This document shows, piece after piece, positions 60,511 through 64,000 of a stretch of DNA of 64,000 nt. The stretch is taken from positions 97,464,001 through 97,528,000 of the forward strand of contig OZ336875.1 of assembly GCA_965287045.1 (NCBI GenBank), written 5' to 3'. Below the pieces are notes generated by a model. It did no database searches, was not told where the DNA came from, and saw nothing but the letters and a program-made list of their open reading frames with translations. This DNA comes from Carcharhinus amblyrhynchos. Lineage: Eukaryota. Every line of letters begins with the position of its first letter. Position 1 is the stretch's first letter. The position numbers and the translations under genes were made by a program.

Positions 60511-60935
60511 GGCAATGGCCTAGTAGTATTATCGCTAGACTATTTAATCCAGAAACTCAGCTAGTGTCCTGGGGACAAGGGTTCGAATCCCATCAGGGCA
60601 GATGTTGGAATTTGAATTCAATAAAAAAAATTCTGGAATTAAGAATCTACTGGTGACCACGAAATCATTGTCAATTGTCAGAAAGACCCATCTGGTTCAC
60701 TAATGTTCTTTGGGAAGGAAATCTGCCATCCTTACCTGGTCTGGCCAATGTGTGACTTCAGAGCCATAGCAATGTGGTTGACTCTTAACTGCCCTCTGAA
60801 ATGCCTAGCAAGCCATTCAGTTATCAACTGCTCAAGAAGGCAGCTCACCGCCAGCTTCTCAAGGACAACTAGGGATGGGCAATAAATGCTGGCCAGCCGG
60901 TAATGTCCATGTCCCATGAATTAATTTAAAAAAGG
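60511..60935 (+). mobile_element. Full-length tRNA-derived SINE of a third family
   Basis: A box TGGCCTAGTAG 60516-60526, B box GGTTCGAATCC 60580-60590, LINE-like tail CAAGAAGGCAGCTCACC..CTTCTCAAGG..GGGATGGGCAATAAATGCTGGCC. Confidence 0.88.
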
Positions 60936-61324
60936 AAGGTTTTACCCCATCAATCTAGGAAAAACCTGCAATTCCTTTCCATTGTACCATCTCAACTCAA
61001 AATTTTAATCTTCTTTATGCTGTTAGACTTTCTGTTTATTTCTAACATTTTCTATGTTGCTTTGTATGACCGTTTCAGATTTCCAGCAACTTTAATTACT
61101 TTATGTTCTTTTGACCTGAATGGACATGGAGAATGGTATGAGTAATCACCAGCTGTCCTTTGTATCATGTGTGGAATCAAGTTTTAAATAAAGTTCTGCC
61201 AGCACTCGATGGAACAGTAGCAGTGACTACTTAAGTGCAGCTAATAAAATAACTCACATAAGGATGTTTGATTTGATAGATTTTTTTTAATTTGAAAAGG
61301 CAACCAAAGGGTAACCAAGTGGTA

Positions 61325-61645
61325 CTATTTTCCAGTGTAGAAATGTCAATTACTCGGGGGCATTGATTTAAGGTTAAGGGGGCAGGGGGAGTTTAAAGGA
61401 GATGTGAGAAGCAAGTTTTTACACAGAGGGTGGTAAGTGCCTGGAATATGCTGCCAGAGGAGGTGGTAAATGCAGATACAACAGCAATGTTTAAACGACA
61501 TCTTGACAGATACATGAATAGACAGGGAATATCGGGATATGGACTATGTAAAGGCGAAAGGTCTTTAGAAAGGCATCATGTGTCGGCACAGGCTTAATAG
61601 GCAAAAGGACTTGTTCCTGGGCTGTACTATACTTAGTTCTATATA
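61325..61645 (+). mobile_element. Older CR1 3' fragment
   Basis: TRGH..FFTQRVV..WNMLP plus 3' UTR. Confidence 0.82.
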
Positions 61646-62355
61646 AGTAAATTACACTTGCATGTTGACCTGTACTAAGGACTTATTTAGTTTGTTTGGG
61701 AATTAATGAGTGCTGCTTATGCAATCTCTAAGGCAGAAGGTGAATTAATGCCAGTATTTGTCTCGTGCTTATGACCACCTTAACAATCATCTTTGTTTGG
61801 GTTTCTGTGTACTGTACCCAGCTGAAGTCTTGCATGGATGGAATTTGACACCCACGATGAAACAGCATCAGAAATGAATAAGTTGTTTTTTTTTCCTCCT
61901 CTCTGTAATATGAATCTGTCACATAAGCATATCAGCGACTGTGCTCGGTTATCAATGTATTGGTGATCAATTATCAGCAATTTGGAACAACTTATACACC
62001 ACTTTCTTTCCTGTACTGTATCTGACCCCTATTTTGTTGTCTTCTCTTCCTGTGCCTTTTCTACTTCCTTCACCTTGAAATAATTAGTTATTCTTCAATT
62101 GATGCCATTCATATACTAACTTTTACATATATTTCACATCTTTTTCATTCAAAGACTAACCTAGTATTATAGATTCTGAGTGTTTTGTGCTCTTCAGATG
62201 TACTTTCACTAATTTTTCTGTGCCCAATGTTGTTGCAGGACTGTTGTAATTGCAGCATTTTTATTTTGTCTTTGTCTGCTAACAGCTCAAGTTGTTAATA
62301 TTAAAAGGTCAGTGCAGCTTTGTAAAGGGCCCTCTTAAAATGAAGGCATGATTTT

Positions 62356-62386
62356 GTGAGAAGTTTCACAACACCAGGTTAAAGTC
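62356..62386. mobile_element. Start of a Penelope-like repeat (same family as 28810) cut by the CR1 insertion
   Basis: GAAGTTTCACAACACCAGGTTAAAGTC matches 28813-28839. Confidence 0.7.
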
Positions 62387-64000
62387 ATAAGAACATAAGA
62401 ACATAAGAAATAGGAGCAGGAGTAGGCCATCTAGCCCTTCAAGCCTGCCCCGCCATTCAATAGGATCATGGCTGATCTGTCGCTGCTCAGTTCCACTTTC
62501 CCGCTTTCTCCCCATAACCCTTAGTCCCCTCTCTTATCAAAAACCCATCAACCCGCGTCTTAAAAATATTTAGCGAGGCAGCCTCCACCACTTCAACGGG
62601 CAGAGAATTCCAGAGATTCACCACCCTTTGAGTGAAGAAGTTCCTCCTCAACTCCGTTCTAAACCGCCCCCCTTTTATCTTGAGGCTGTGCCCCCTAGTC
62701 CTACTGTCTTTTTTGAGCGGGAAGAATCTCTCCACCTCTATCCTATCCATCCCATTCATCATCTTAAACGTCTCAATGAGATCTCCCCTCATTCTTCTAA
62801 ACTCTAACGAGTACAAGCCCAGTTTATTCAGCCTCTCCTCATGGCTCAACCCCCTCAACTCCGGTATCAGCCTAGTAAACCTCCTCTGCACTCCCTCCAA
62901 GGCCAAAATATCTTTGCGCAGGTGCGGCGCCCAAAACTGCACACAGTACTCCAGCTGCGGCCTCACCAATGCCCTATACAGCTGCAGCAAGACCTCCCTA
63001 CTTTTATATTCAATCCCCCTCGCTATGAAGGCCAGCATCCCATTCGCCTTCCTGACCACCTGCTGCACCTGCAAGCTGGGTTTTTGCGACTCATGCACAA
63101 GGACCCCGAGGTCCCTCTGCACCGTCGCCTGCTGCAGTTTTTCGCCCCGTAAGTAATAGTCCTTCCTACCATTCTTCCTACCAAAGTGGACCACCTCACA
63201 CTTGCCAACATTAAATTCCATTTGCCATTTCCTGGGCCATTCACCCAGCCTATCTAGATCCTTCTGCAGTCTCTCCCCACCCTCCGCACAATTTGCCGTT
63301 CCCCCAATCTTGGTGTCATCAGCAAATTTCGACACCCTACACTCGGTTCCCTCCTCCAGATCATCTATATAAATGGTAAAAAGCTGAGGCCCCAGCACCG
63401 ACCCCTGGGGCACTCCACTAGTCACCGTCCGCCAATCCAAATAGCACCCGTTGACCCCCACTCTCTGCCTCCTATTTGACAACCAATCCTCTATCCACGC
63501 TAACACCCTACCCCCAACTCCATGTCCCTCGACCTTCTGCAATAACCTCTTGTGAGGTACTTTGTCAAACGCCTTCTGAAAATCTAGAAAGACCACATCC
63601 ACCGGCTCTCCTCTATCCACCGCCCTAGACACATCCTCATAGAACTCCAGTAAATTTGTCAGACACGACTTCCCTTTAATGAAACTGTGCTGCGTCTGCT
63701 CTATCAAGCAATTCCCTTCAAGATGCCTCGCAATTTCCTCCTTAATGACAGATTCTAACATTTTACCTACCACAGACGTTAAACTAACCAGCCTATAATT
63801 CCCCGCCTTTTGCCTGGCACCCTTCTTAAACAACGGCGTAACATTAGCCGTTATCCAATCATCCGGCACTTCCCCGGAATCCAGCGACGTCTGGAAAATA
63901 ACCACCAAGGCATCCACTATCACCTCCGCCATTTCTTTCAGAACCCTCAGATGCATTCCATCCGGTCCTGGGGACTTGTCCACAATCAGCCCCTCCAGTC
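62386..64000 (-). mobile_element. Young CR1 LINE, continues beyond the window
   Basis: (CATAAGAA)3 tail; near-identical to the other young copies. Confidence 0.97.
62487..63983 (-). CDS. CR1 ORF2 reverse transcriptase (open to the window edge)
   Basis: 498 aa uninterrupted RT + C-terminal domain. Confidence 0.92.
   Translation of the reverse strand: MDKSPGPDGMHLRVLKEMAEVIVDALVVIFQTSLDSGEVPDDWITANVTPLFKKGARQKAGNYRLVSLTSVVGKMLESVIKEEIARHLEGNCLIEQTQHSFIKGKSCLTNLLEFYEDVSRAVDRGEPVDVVFLDFQKAFDKVPHKRLLQKVEGHGVGGRVLAWIEDWLSNRRQRVGVNGCYLDWRTVTSGVPQGSVLGPQLFTIYIDDLEEGTECRVSKFADDTKIGGTANCAEGGERLQKDLDRLGEWPRKWQMEFNVGKCEVVHFGRKNGRKDYYLRGEKLQQATVQRDLGVLVHESQKPSLQVQQVVRKANGMLAFIARGIEYKSREVLLQLYRALVRPQLEYCVQFWAPHLRKDILALEGVQRRFTRLIPELRGLSHEERLNKLGLYSLEFRRMRGDLIETFKMMNGMDRIEVERFFPLKKDSRTRGHSLKIKGGRFRTELRRNFFTQRVVNLWNSLPVEVVEAASLNIFKTRVDGFLIREGTKGYGEKAGKWN

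Noticed and set aside
62632-63156. Recurrent antisense and alternate-frame ORFs (also 6276-6518, 20696-20938, 41913-42155)
   Set aside because: Shadows of the CR1 RT frame, repeated only because the element is repeated.

Overview
Vertebrate genomic DNA, almost certainly from a cartilaginous fish (shark): it is dense in HE1/V-SINE-type tRNA-derived SINEs and CR1 LINEs with (TTCTTATG)n tails. Most of the window is transposon-derived. It holds five copies of one young CR1 family, older CR1/L2/RTE/Rex1 fragments, about 20 V-SINEs with two different 3' tails, Deu-domain SINEs, a heavily nested Gypsy provirus (12.6-24.3 kb, minus strand), solo LTRs, Harbinger-like remnants and MITEs, and fold-back Penelope mini-insertions. 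One of the Penelope insertions retains a minimal type I hammerhead ribozyme core. The host-gene signal is a CpG-rich promoter at about 26.2-26.5 kb (ZNF143- and NRF1-type motifs) with a 3-codon first exon (MHT|gtaagc), and a second phase-0 first-exon candidate (MHCVPLL...EQVL|gtaagt) at 50.7 kb. Two further exon-like segments lie upstream (3.5 and 18.6 kb). I could not identify the gene. Repeat family names and most repeat boundaries are by-eye assignments (about +/-10-30 bp). There are no prokaryotic features, CRISPR arrays, or true rRNA/tRNA genes.
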